From: an uncultured Clostridia bacterium
GTDB taxonomy: Bacteria > Bacillota > Clostridia > Christensenellales > CAG-1252
Direction of reading: 5' to 3'
DNA: 58,123 bases
Assembly: GCA_945482995.1 (NCBI GenBank)
Contig: CALYRM010000004.1
Location: 1-58,123 of the forward strand
The number at the start of each line of letters is the position of its first letter. Position 1 is the stretch's first letter. Shown here piece by piece: positions 30,356 to 39,931 of this stretch. Under the pieces are notes generated by a model, which was given only the letters and a program-made list of their open reading frames with translations, was not told the DNA's origin and made no database searches. The position numbers and the translations under genes are program-made.

Positions 30356-30934
30356 CTAATAGTTGATTGTATATTTTGTATTAACTATATATCCTTTATA
30401 GTTATAATTTAATTCGATTTCGGTTAGTTGATTCCCACTCTTTTTTAGAGAAACGATTAAATCACTAACTTCGCTTTGTTCTGCATCTATAAACAAGCCT
30501 ACATTTTTCAATTTAAACTTATACGTTGTTATGGAATCACTAACGTTTACCTCGATTTTTCCATCCAAATCTTGCTCGCTTAGCGTCAAGGAATAATAGA
30601 GTTTGGTAAAGTATTCTGCTTTTGTAATAGTGCCCTCTCCGCTTTCGGTAACCAATTTATCGCCGAATAAATCGGGGTTAGGCTTGCTTACAGTGGTTGT
30701 GTAATTAACCTCGCCACCATTTACCGAATAAGTGGTGTTTTCTTGGCTTACCGTATTTCCGTTAGACTTTATGTCAAGTGTAAATATAGCGCCATTTGAC
30801 GAATTGGTTGATTTTAGAATTTCGCTTATTACGGCTAAATGATTATCCGCAGCGTTTTCGGTCGTACACCCTACAAGAAGGGTGATTACTAATATCGATA
30901 AAACCAATAATATTGCTAAAATATTCTTTTTCAT
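30356..30934 (-). CDS. Small lipoprotein of unknown function
   Basis: 192 aa with signal peptide and lipobox LLVGC (MKKNILAILLVLSILVITLLVGCTTE). AGGAGGG lies upstream. The start is 9 nt after the giant gene's stop. Confidence 0.7.
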   Translation of the reverse strand: MKKNILAILLVLSILVITLLVGCTTENAADNHLAVISEILKSTNSSNGAIFTLDIKSNGNTVSQENTTYSVNGGEVNYTTTVSKPNPDLFGDKLVTESGEGTITKAEYFTKLYYSLTLSEQDLDGKIEVNVSDSITTYKFKLKNVGLFIDAEQSEVSDLIVSLKKSGNQLTEIELNYNYKGYIVNTKYTINY

Positions 30935-30943
30935 ACGTCCCTC

Positions 30944-33900
30944 CTAGAATGTTTGCTTGATACCGAAGTAAGCTAATATGGTGATTACATTAAGAATTTC
31001 CATCGCCTTTTGCGCATTTTGTCCGCGTTTTGCAGTGTTTGCAACAGCTTCAACATCTTCAATCAAGCCCGATAACAACTCTTCGGCTTGTTTTAATACC
31101 TCATTATATCTATCTACTTTCCTAACGTTTTCACGATCTCCAAGTGCAATTCCTTTTAGCTCTTCTCTTATCTCATCAACTGTTGCCCATTTGTCGGACG
31201 ACTCAATACCTGCAAGCTTTCCTTGAATGCTTGTAAATATTTCGTCATAATTTGCTATTACCTTGATTGTAAAGCTTACGTCAAACTTATAATGAACGGT
31301 ATCGCTGATTTTCGGTTTTACAATGTATTCGCCGACTGTCGATATTGTCTCGACTTCGTTCTTGTCTTCGTTAGTTAAGGCATACGAAACTTGTAAATGC
31401 TTGTATTTACTCGGCAATTCAAACTTAATATCCAATCTGTCGCCTAAGACGTATACGCCGTTGTCGGTGAAACCTACTGCAGTAAACAATTCCGATAAAT
31501 CAATCTCTACGATTTGCCAAGTAAATGTTTTTGTACCCGAATAGTTACTGTCATCGATTGTTGCGACAAGAGTAAACTTACCAATTTCGCCGTTATCTTC
31601 CGAACATGTAATTTCATAATCGACGGTTAGCCCATCTATCGCGCACTCTGCATAAATCGAATTTGCAAACGGATCGTATTCTGCAACTCCGTTTTCGGGT
31701 AAACCTACTGCAACGATTTTGTCACTAATATCCTTTTTGTTGACTGTGACGGTGTAATCGGTAACTGTATCAGATTTGAATTCAAATGCATATTCGTGTT
31801 TTATCATAATTTTTACGTTATATACACCTGCGTTGATGATTTGCTCGACTACATTTCCGTCTACGTCGGTGATTCCCACACCAAAACTATTTTCGTCTGC
31901 GCCCTTTAAATTGCCCTCGATATTCTTAGTCCAATCAAATACCGCTATTGGCTCGCCGTCGTTATAGGTGTATTCGGTTAGCATATTTACAACGGTAAGT
32001 TTTGGTTTTGTGACTGTTAGCGTTGCGTTAACTACTGTAATTTCGTAGTTGTGATTTGATGCAATTATTGATATCGTGTGGTTTCCTGTAATAAAGTAAG
32101 CGTCAAAGTTGTCGGCTGTCATTGTTACGTTGCCATTTGTGAAGATTACGACAATTTCGATATCAATTTGGTCACCATCGACTATGCTACCCTCAGTTAC
32201 TTTATAACCATCGTTTGTGATAAGCTCCACGACTTCATCAAACGTGTTGGCGTTTTCAGCGGTCTTGTCATTCAAGGTCAACGTAATTGGTCTTGCCTTG
32301 ATTATATAAGTTGAAGAGTCAGCCGAAGTGTAGCTTATTCTATTGATTTTGTAATTTTCGTTGCCACAAGCGGTAGCCGTTATCTTATAGCTACCTACGC
32401 CGTTCCCTTGCTCTCTATTAATTGTGATTATATCGCTGAAACTATCATCGAAAGCGTATGAATAGTTATTCGGTATTGTCGGAACAATTTCCACTGCACT
32501 TTCGCCGTAAACCATTTCAAAATCGGGAATAGAAAATTCGATTTCTCTTGCGGTTATCGTATAAACTGCGTTTACAAAGGTAATATCATAGTTTGTATTA
32601 ACACAAGTACCGCTAATTACATATTCGCCCTTTTGCAAACCGTCTTGCTTTTCAAGAGTATACAACTCGCTGATTTGGTCTCCATCTGCCCCTTGATCGT
32701 TGGTTGTTGCGGTAAGTTGCAACAATTCATCGCCATAGATAGATGTTTTGCTGTCTATCATAATTGTGATTGGCTTTGGTAAAATGGTATAGGTTGCATC
32801 GTTTGCAGTTATCGTATAGTTATTTGAAATGCAATTGACTGTAATTGCATAACCGCCCGCAAGTGTACCGCTTTCACGCGTTGCCGAAACTATTGATTTT
32901 AGCGTGTCAACACCGGGCAATGCTTCTTTTACTGTAAGAGTGATTTCACTATCTGCACTACCATAATAGCTAAACGTGTCCGCCACAGAAACGGTAAGCG
33001 TCATTGGCTTGATTGTGTATTTGTATACTTGTTCGGTTATCGAATAGTTTGCACTGTCTGCACCTACAAGACTATTTGCAATAATTTGCTTGTCGCCTGC
33101 ATTTATTGATTCGCCAACTGCCAAGTTTACTTCAACCTCATCGCTTTCAATCATGTTCATAATTGTACAGGTAGGTTTTTGAGTATAGCCGTTATAGATT
33201 AATTCGTTTGTCGACCATTTAAGCTCGACCTCGCGTTTTTCTACAGTGTAAACATAATTGAAGTTTACGCCCGAAATGTTTACCGTCAAATTATATTTAG
33301 CGGCATCTTTGACTTGATATTCGGTATTTGAGTTTACGGTAAACGTAAAGTCAACCGCTTTACCGCTTTGAGCGACAACCGCACTTACATTGAATATGAC
33401 GTCTTCGCCGTCATAAACCTTTGATAAGCTCGGGACACCCAAAGAAATTGTATAGTAATCTTCACTTGTTACAACTTCAAAGGGAACTGCTGCCGTCGTA
33501 ATAACGTAGTTGTGATTTTTTGATACCGCTTTTAGACTATAAGTGCCTACTGTCATTGGGATGTTTATTTGAACAACGCCGTTGTCAACGGTACCAATCT
33601 CGTTATTACCATTAAGGATAATATAACGAACCTCATCACTCGATAAATCACTGCTTGCATAATTTATAGTCAAGGTTTGCTCAACCTTAGCAAGCATTGC
33701 ATTTGTTGCGGATAATTCGATTTCTATTGGCTTAGCGTTTATGGTATATGTGAAACTATTGTTCTTGGGAAGTGTGTAGTTATGAGAAGCGACGCCCAAA
33801 ATTTCTTTTACAAAAGCAATCTTTTCGCCTTGTTCGATACATTCAAAGTCGCCAAGTACCAAAGCTATTTCGTCGCCATTAACAACATTTTCGGCATTAA

Positions 33901-36900
33901 CGGTTGGTTTTTGTTCTTGTCCGTTGTATACCAATTCGCCAACATGCCAGCTTAACGCAAGCACTCTTGCGTTGACCTTGTATATGTAGCTATATTCGGT
34001 CTCGCCGTCAATAACCACTTTTACAATATAATCGTGAGCGTTTTTGATTTCGCTCACTTGCTCGCCATTTACAAGCAATGATACTGCAACTTTATTGCTA
34101 TCAACCATTTCCCCGCTTTCGGTGATTCTTACCGTTACATTTACACCAACAGCATTGCCGTCATACTCTTTGTGATTGGTTTCGCTATCAAAAGCAACGT
34201 CTAACGTATAATAATTGTTATCTTCTACTATTGTCAAAGTGCCATCAACGCTTGTAGCATTGTAGTTGCTGTCGGTGCAAACTGCCTTTACTGTATATTC
34301 GCCAGATGCTACTTCACCAAGCACGGTAATAAAGCCAGATACGACCTTGAATACAAGCTCGTTTGAATCGTTGTATACCTCATAAGAGATATTCTCCTTT
34401 GCGATATTTTCGCTAGCGGTTGACGTGAATATAACGATTTCTCCTGTCTTGATAGAAGAAATCATCATGTCCGAATGTTGATCAACCGTCATGACAGCAT
34501 CCTTTGGATAAATCTTGAAAGCGTGAGTCTTGGTTTCGTCAAGGGTATAATCGGTATTGGTTATAGCTATGGTTATATTATAGTCGCCTGCGTTTATAGG
34601 TTGAACGTCAAATCTATATGAAGCTGTATCACCTGACAAAACTCCAACCAATTCAATTTCGGGAATATGAGCATTTCCATCATAGGTCGCTACCGTATTA
34701 ACCCAATTAACGCTTATGGTCTTTGGATTGATTGTGTATACTGCCGAATATGTGTAACCCTCAACCTCAATCGTAATATTATAAACCTTAGCGGCTTTTA
34801 TTTGCATATCACTTCCGTTCACTTTTACAGTGGAATCTATTACCATTTCGGTTTCGGCATTCTTAACAATTGGTACAATGACAACCTCTTCGCCATCATA
34901 TACCTTAGAAAAGTCTGTCAAGCCAAGATCAAAAGTGTAATAGTTTTCGTTTTCTACTACGGAATATAAATTATCTCCTGTTTGTTTGAGCGAATAATTA
35001 GGATTATCCGTTGTAGCTTCTACCGAATAATCTCCAACGGTTATTGTATTGTCAGCTACAAGTGTTACAACTCCGTTTATTGCGGTTGCGACAAGCTCGC
35101 CGTTTCTTAATATGTTATAACCTACTGCTATTATAACACCGTCGCTTAGCGTTGCACTTATGTCAACGGTCGTATTTGCTTTTGATAGCATTACGTTCTT
35201 TGCCGATACCGTAACGGTAATTTCTTTTGCGGTAATAGTATAAGTGCCGTTGGTTACTTGCAAAGAGTAATACGACGAAACAGTATTGTCGGTTTTCTCT
35301 GCAGTAACCAAGTATGAGCCGACATTATCTCCGTTAGCCTTTACCAACCTGAAAACGTCGTCCTTGGAGTCGCCAACAAGTAATCCATCAACGCTTGCGG
35401 TCAAGGTCGCTAAACTGTCGCCGTAAACTGATGTTTTATTGTCAATGATTACGGTTAATGCCTTTTGAGATATTCCGCCATATACCGTGTTGACTGTATA
35501 TGGTATATCTAAAACGCCATCAACAACAAAATTAGCGGTGTAGGTAAACGTTGCTTGAATGTTGCCGTTGACTACCTGATAATCGCCCTTGTTTTGTAGC
35601 GTTACATCAACTGTCTTTCCGTCAATTGTGGTTGCTAGAGCGGTAACTGCCGTATCACCATAGGTAACATTGCTAGGAGTTAAAACGGCTACTATTTGTT
35701 TGTAGCTATCTAAACCGCAGTCAAGCGTGGATATTTTGTCAGTTACATAACTTGTTTGTTCGCTTTGCAAGCCATTCGTGATAGCGGTATAACTTGCATA
35801 TAGACTTTGCGCAGTCGATAATAAGTTATCGCTTGTGCAAGTTTTTAAAGAATTTAAGTCCTCAATATATTTTGTCAATTCGGCTTTTTGAATATAAACG
35901 GTTTGAGTAAAATTGCAGTTGTACGTTTCGCACCCTAATTTCACAGTTTGTACATAGCTATCTGTTAATCCTATCGCATTAAGAACGATATTTTCTGTTT
36001 TGCCGTCAAAGAAGTGAACGACAGCGCTAACTGCGATATCGCTTACAATAGTTCCGTCTGCGGCTTCCACTCTTTCATATACCGATTCGGAATTAACTTC
36101 GATTCTTGATGGAATTGAAATTGAAACAACAGACAAAGAATCCCATTCGTTTGCGCTGCGCGCAATTTTATCAAGCTCGGCGGATAAATACGCGATAGGT
36201 TGATTGATTTCGGCTTCAACCTCGATTTGTCCCTTTTGGTCGGTAATATAGTAAACGCCGTTGACGTCGACCTTAACTCCGACTGTCTCGCTCTGGATGC
36301 TCAATGTTCTATAAACAATTAACTTACCGTCTACAAGCTTTGCAAAGCTTCCGTGCATTGATTGATTGACCTCAATTGTCGGCTCGACTCCCGTTGCGTA
36401 GTCCATAGTAAAGGACGATACAACAAATTCGGTTCCCGACGACAAGCTATAGGATTGATATGTTAGCCCTTGTTCGATATTGCTCAATTCGTCCGCTCTT
36501 AAACCGCTGATTTTTGCAACCAAGGTTAAGCCGACTTTATTGTTGTTATTTCCGCTTTCTGCGCCTAATTCCAACACCTTTGTCAAGGTTGCATTTCTAG
36601 AAACTTGAATCGTTGCGCCGTCAACTGTCGACTGAACGATACCTGCAAACGAACCTATTATGTTGATTGTTCCGTTATTAATTAACATACCGGTAGCTTC
36701 AAAGTTAGAATTTTTAAGCATATCAACGGTAGGATATTGTTTGCCTGCCATTGTTGTTTGTAGAAGTCCTTCCACAACATATAAACCACCCAAAATATCA
36801 AGCGTGCCGTTTTCGGCAATAGTCATTTTTGAACCGGGTAAAAGCATATATTCACGGCTTTCGGGTACAACCAATTTGGCACCGTCATTAATTATGTAGT

Positions 36901-39900
36901 TTAGGGTATAGGGCAAACCCAATACCATCTCGTTTGAACCAAAGCTTTCCAAATAGAATTCACCGAGGGTTACTTCGCCGTTAATGCTTAGTGTTGTTAC
37001 GCCACTATCTTCAAGGTGTGTCGTACCCATTTGTACGTTTACGCTCTTAGCAGTGTACGAAAAATCAATTGAAGAGTTAGCACTCAACCAATATAGCGAA
37101 CCGTCGCCACCTTCAACTCTTTCTTCGACAGCATTCACAATGGTAATATCTTGTGTGGTAATAGAACCAAAGAAAAATAAAGAAGTTGAACCAATTAATT
37201 TTGCTTTGTGGTTTATTGTATAATCACATTGAATGTTGACTAAAGAGTAGTTATAAAACGGGAAGTTGTTTGCCTCATAATACGCTAGCGTGATTGTACC
37301 GCCCGAATAGTTGTTGACCAAGAAAGGCATTCTAATTACGGTGTTTTCGTTTGCAATTATTCTACCGTCACCCTTTATAAGTCCCACTACGTCCAAATAA
37401 CCATTGTCGGTTAAAAGGATAGTACCGTTGTTTATGATTTGAGAATATGCGCCCGAAGTATGTCCTTGAGCGGATTGATCGGGGTAGTGTTGAACTGCGC
37501 CTAACGTAAATCTACCTTGAATGGTAAGGGTAACGCCCTCTTGAACTGTTAAGGTATGATATAAATACTTACTCTCATTTGCCCAAGAAACGCTTGTTCC
37601 GGCCGTAGTTCCCGTACCCAAGGCAAAGCCTATCTCATCGTTTGCACTAAATGGTACTAAAATCTCGATATTTGTGGGGATTGTAAGATTTTCGGTTATT
37701 TCTTCGTTATTTATTAGTGTTATTTTTCTTTCAACGTCTCTTGCCAAAACGGCATCTTTGAGTGAAGTATAAAAATCAAAATCATCCTTCGCAACATAGT
37801 AATTGGGTTTTTGCATAACAGCCACTATTCTCGTGTCACCTATAACTACAAAGGAATAGCTTGCCTCGGTGGATGCTAAACTGCCATTTATAATCCAACC
37901 ATAAAATACATATCCATCGTTCGGAGTTGCGCTCAATTCAAGCAGAGAGCCAACCTTCAACGTTGAGCCTGTTTCAACATCAACGCCCTCGGTTAGGGCA
38001 GTTATAATGCCACTTTCCGTGAATCTAACCTCGGAATTAACAACAGCCTCTCCAACATAGTGCGCAACAGCGGATATTGCAAAAGAATCGCTTGTTTCAT
38101 CTACAAATGAATCGGGCTGTGTAACTTTAATGTAATAAATGTATATCGTTTGTGAGCCTGCAACGGTTAGATCGATTTCTTTTTTTCTCCAACCGTGATT
38201 TCCATGGTTAGCGCTCTGCTTATCAAATTCGCCGTATGCTTCGGCAATACCATAATTATCGATAAGCGCGGTATAATCGGTACTTTCGTTTATGTTAAGC
38301 TCTTCACCTACTGATAACAAGCAATAGCTATATTCGCTAATGTCCATAAAGTAGTTGAAAGCAAACAAGCCTGACTCATTAACGGTGAAACTGATTTTTG
38401 AAGTAGATGAAATTATTCCCCTATTGCCTGCAACATATGAAGCGCGGTCGGTTGAAACAGGTGAATAATAATAGTATGGATGAGTTGAGTCGTTGGCAAT
38501 GGTGATATTGTCGGTCAATAAAATATCTTGTTCTATGGTGTTTTTGCTTATAAGTTTAATGGTATACGTAAAGTCAACGCTCTTATAGTTGCCATCCTTT
38601 GAATATCGGAATGTAAAGGTGTGGTCTTTGTCCAATTCGCCAAAGGAATAAATATAATTGTTATTACTCTCTATTATATTTGAAATAACCGATACGCCAT
38701 CTACAAACAATTCGCATCTTTCCCCACTTTTAAGAGCAGGTGCCGAAAGCGCAACGTCAAACTTTTCGGTATAGTCTAATTCAAGAATACCGCCGTTTTC
38801 TATCGTTTGCCGTGAAGTATATCCGCCTTTCCTTAAAATTAGCTCAGTATAGTTTTGAGGAATTACCAATAATTGCTTAAAGTCGACGTTCAAAGTTGCG
38901 TCTGCATTAACTTGAAACTTGACTTCATAAGATTCAACGCCTTCTTCGAATGTTTCATTCACGCTTATGTTGCAAGTGAAGTTATAAGCAAATATTCTTA
39001 CAAGATTTCCGTTGTCATATGGTTTGAAATAAAAAATTGTAGCTAAATATTTGGGAACATTGTTTGTTTGGGAAATACTTATTTTTTCGCCCTTTGAATC
39101 GAAGTAGTAAATTTCACCCAGCGTGCTATCAAAATTTGACGTGAGCGTTACATATTCAACTGTAGTTGATATAGATTTGATTTGAAACTCTGCCGTTTCT
39201 TCATTACCCGATGATTGCGGTTTATAGTTTATCGTCACAACGTCAAAGGCATAATTCAAAACAAATGCGCCACTTGTAGAAGTGCCTAAGATATTGAATG
39301 ATGCGTCCGAATTGGAAATAGTTCCACAAACTTGCTTTCTATTTGAGGACGCGTTGTAGCATTGAGCGGTGAACGAAAGATATTCAACGTTTTTGGTTAT
39401 CAATCTTATTGAGCTTGGGGATAACCTGTCTGCACTTTGTGAAACAAAGCCTTGAACACCGTCTGTGTCTGTTGTGCTCCAACCATTCTCATCGGGTAGA
39501 TAGTAAACTCCTTCATAGGCACTTTCAACCCAACCTACCGATATAACTAAGTTTTTGGTGATCGAATTGCCAGATATGATGTACGAAAGCGTTACGTTAT
39601 TAACACCGCAAACAACAGGCAAGGTTGCATTATTTTTGTCTGCATTGAGCGCAACAGCGTTTTGGTTTACCAAAATAGAAAGTCCGAGAGTATCGTCTAC
39701 TACACCGTCAAAGCGTAGTTCTAGACTTTCGGTTTCACCAAAGACAAAGTATTCGTCACCCTTTTGGTCGACCTTGTTTTCTCCTTGATAAATAGAAAAT
39801 CCCGGCATACCGGCTTCTGCAAAAGCTACTTCTTTTACACAAATTGCAGTTAAGCCACCCATTAAAAGTGTAAGTGTGAAAATCGTGAATAATAATGTAA

Positions 39901-39931
39901 GTCCTATAAACAAAAATTTCGTTTTTTTCAT
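30944..39931 (-). CDS. Giant (2995-aa) secreted or surface protein with MBG/YDG-type repeat arrays and an internal uncharacterised module
   Basis: Uninterrupted 8988-nt ORF with AGGAGA upstream. Signal peptide MKKTKFLFIGLTLLFTIFTLTLLMGGLTA. Repeated KVYDGE.. and YNG..Q.P units. Helical C-terminus ending in a short hydrophobic stretch (MEILNVITILAYFGIKQTF). Confidence 0.85.
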   Translation of the reverse strand: MKKTKFLFIGLTLLFTIFTLTLLMGGLTAICVKEVAFAEAGMPGFSIYQGENKVDQKGDEYFVFGETESLELRFDGVVDDTLGLSILVNQNAVALNADKNNATLPVVCGVNNVTLSYIISGNSITKNLVISVGWVESAYEGVYYLPDENGWSTTDTDGVQGFVSQSADRLSPSSIRLITKNVEYLSFTAQCYNASSNRKQVCGTISNSDASFNILGTSTSGAFVLNYAFDVVTINYKPQSSGNEETAEFQIKSISTTVEYVTLTSNFDSTLGEIYYFDSKGEKISISQTNNVPKYLATIFYFKPYDNGNLVRIFAYNFTCNISVNETFEEGVESYEVKFQVNADATLNVDFKQLLVIPQNYTELILRKGGYTSRQTIENGGILELDYTEKFDVALSAPALKSGERCELFVDGVSVISNIIESNNNYIYSFGELDKDHTFTFRYSKDGNYKSVDFTYTIKLISKNTIEQDILLTDNITIANDSTHPYYYYSPVSTDRASYVAGNRGIISSTSKISFTVNESGLFAFNYFMDISEYSYCLLSVGEELNINESTDYTALIDNYGIAEAYGEFDKQSANHGNHGWRKKEIDLTVAGSQTIYIYYIKVTQPDSFVDETSDSFAISAVAHYVGEAVVNSEVRFTESGIITALTEGVDVETGSTLKVGSLLELSATPNDGYVFYGWIINGSLASTEASYSFVVIGDTRIVAVMQKPNYYVAKDDFDFYTSLKDAVLARDVERKITLINNEEITENLTIPTNIEILVPFSANDEIGFALGTGTTAGTSVSWANESKYLYHTLTVQEGVTLTIQGRFTLGAVQHYPDQSAQGHTSGAYSQIINNGTILLTDNGYLDVVGLIKGDGRIIANENTVIRMPFLVNNYSGGTITLAYYEANNFPFYNYSLVNIQCDYTINHKAKLIGSTSLFFFGSITTQDITIVNAVEERVEGGDGSLYWLSANSSIDFSYTAKSVNVQMGTTHLEDSGVTTLSINGEVTLGEFYLESFGSNEMVLGLPYTLNYIINDGAKLVVPESREYMLLPGSKMTIAENGTLDILGGLYVVEGLLQTTMAGKQYPTVDMLKNSNFEATGMLINNGTINIIGSFAGIVQSTVDGATIQVSRNATLTKVLELGAESGNNNNKVGLTLVAKISGLRADELSNIEQGLTYQSYSLSSGTEFVVSSFTMDYATGVEPTIEVNQSMHGSFAKLVDGKLIVYRTLSIQSETVGVKVDVNGVYYITDQKGQIEVEAEINQPIAYLSAELDKIARSANEWDSLSVVSISIPSRIEVNSESVYERVEAADGTIVSDIAVSAVVHFFDGKTENIVLNAIGLTDSYVQTVKLGCETYNCNFTQTVYIQKAELTKYIEDLNSLKTCTSDNLLSTAQSLYASYTAITNGLQSEQTSYVTDKISTLDCGLDSYKQIVAVLTPSNVTYGDTAVTALATTIDGKTVDVTLQNKGDYQVVNGNIQATFTYTANFVVDGVLDIPYTVNTVYGGISQKALTVIIDNKTSVYGDSLATLTASVDGLLVGDSKDDVFRLVKANGDNVGSYLVTAEKTDNTVSSYYSLQVTNGTYTITAKEITVTVSAKNVMLSKANTTVDISATLSDGVIIAVGYNILRNGELVATAINGVVTLVADNTITVGDYSVEATTDNPNYSLKQTGDNLYSVVENENYYTFDLGLTDFSKVYDGEEVVIVPIVKNAETEMVIDSTVKVNGSDMQIKAAKVYNITIEVEGYTYSAVYTINPKTISVNWVNTVATYDGNAHIPEIELVGVLSGDTASYRFDVQPINAGDYNITIAITNTDYTLDETKTHAFKIYPKDAVMTVDQHSDMMISSIKTGEIVIFTSTASENIAKENISYEVYNDSNELVFKVVSGFITVLGEVASGEYTVKAVCTDSNYNATSVDGTLTIVEDNNYYTLDVAFDSETNHKEYDGNAVGVNVTVRITESGEMVDSNKVAVSLLVNGEQVSEIKNAHDYIVKVVIDGETEYSYIYKVNARVLALSWHVGELVYNGQEQKPTVNAENVVNGDEIALVLGDFECIEQGEKIAFVKEILGVASHNYTLPKNNSFTYTINAKPIEIELSATNAMLAKVEQTLTINYASSDLSSDEVRYIILNGNNEIGTVDNGVVQINIPMTVGTYSLKAVSKNHNYVITTAAVPFEVVTSEDYYTISLGVPSLSKVYDGEDVIFNVSAVVAQSGKAVDFTFTVNSNTEYQVKDAAKYNLTVNISGVNFNYVYTVEKREVELKWSTNELIYNGYTQKPTCTIMNMIESDEVEVNLAVGESINAGDKQIIANSLVGADSANYSITEQVYKYTIKPMTLTVSVADTFSYYGSADSEITLTVKEALPGVDTLKSIVSATRESGTLAGGYAITVNCISNNYTITANDATYTILPKPITIMIDSKTSIYGDELLQLTATTNDQGADGDQISELYTLEKQDGLQKGEYVISGTCVNTNYDITFVNAVYTITAREIEFSIPDFEMVYGESAVEIVPTIPNNYSYAFDDSFSDIITINREQGNGVGSYKITATACGNENYKINRISYTSADSSTYIIKARPITLTLNDKTAENANTFDEVVELITNDGYKVTEGSIVDGDQIDIEIVVIFTNGNVTMTADNFDAYFITGNHTISIIASNHNYEITVVNATLTVTKPKLTVVNMLTEYTYNDGEPIAVFDWTKNIEGNLKGADENSFGVGITDVDGNVVEQIINAGVYNVKIMIKHEYAFEFKSDTVTDYTVTVNKKDISDKIVAVGLPENGVAEYDPFANSIYAECAIDGLTVDYEITCSEDNGEIGKFTLVATIDDSNYSGTKTFTWQIVEIDLSELFTAVGFTDNGVYVLGDRLDIKFELPSKYKHLQVSYALTNEDKNEVETISTVGEYIVKPKISDTVHYKFDVSFTIKVIANYDEIFTSIQGKLAGIESSDKWATVDEIREELKGIALGDRENVRKVDRYNEVLKQAEELLSGLIEDVEAVANTAKRGQNAQKAMEILNVITILAYFGIKQTF
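33005..35240 (-). repeat. Three ~250-aa super-repeats inside the 2995-aa gene (coding)
   Basis: Each copy has an Ig-like unit (..NG(E/N)..(V/I)(A/G)T..NGVV.....TVG.YS(V/L).A), then NYYT(F/L) .. (S)KVYDGE(E/D)V, then a (L/V)(S/N/K)W.....(Y)(N/D)G..(Q/H).P unit ending NY(T/S)(L/I). Boundaries are approximate. Confidence 0.65.

Noticed and set aside
17385-39931. Diversity-generating retroelement or other targeted hypervariation acting on the giant proteins
   Set aside because: There is no reverse transcriptase ORF. I found no template/variable repeat pair with adenine-specific differences. The internal repeats are diverged at all base types.
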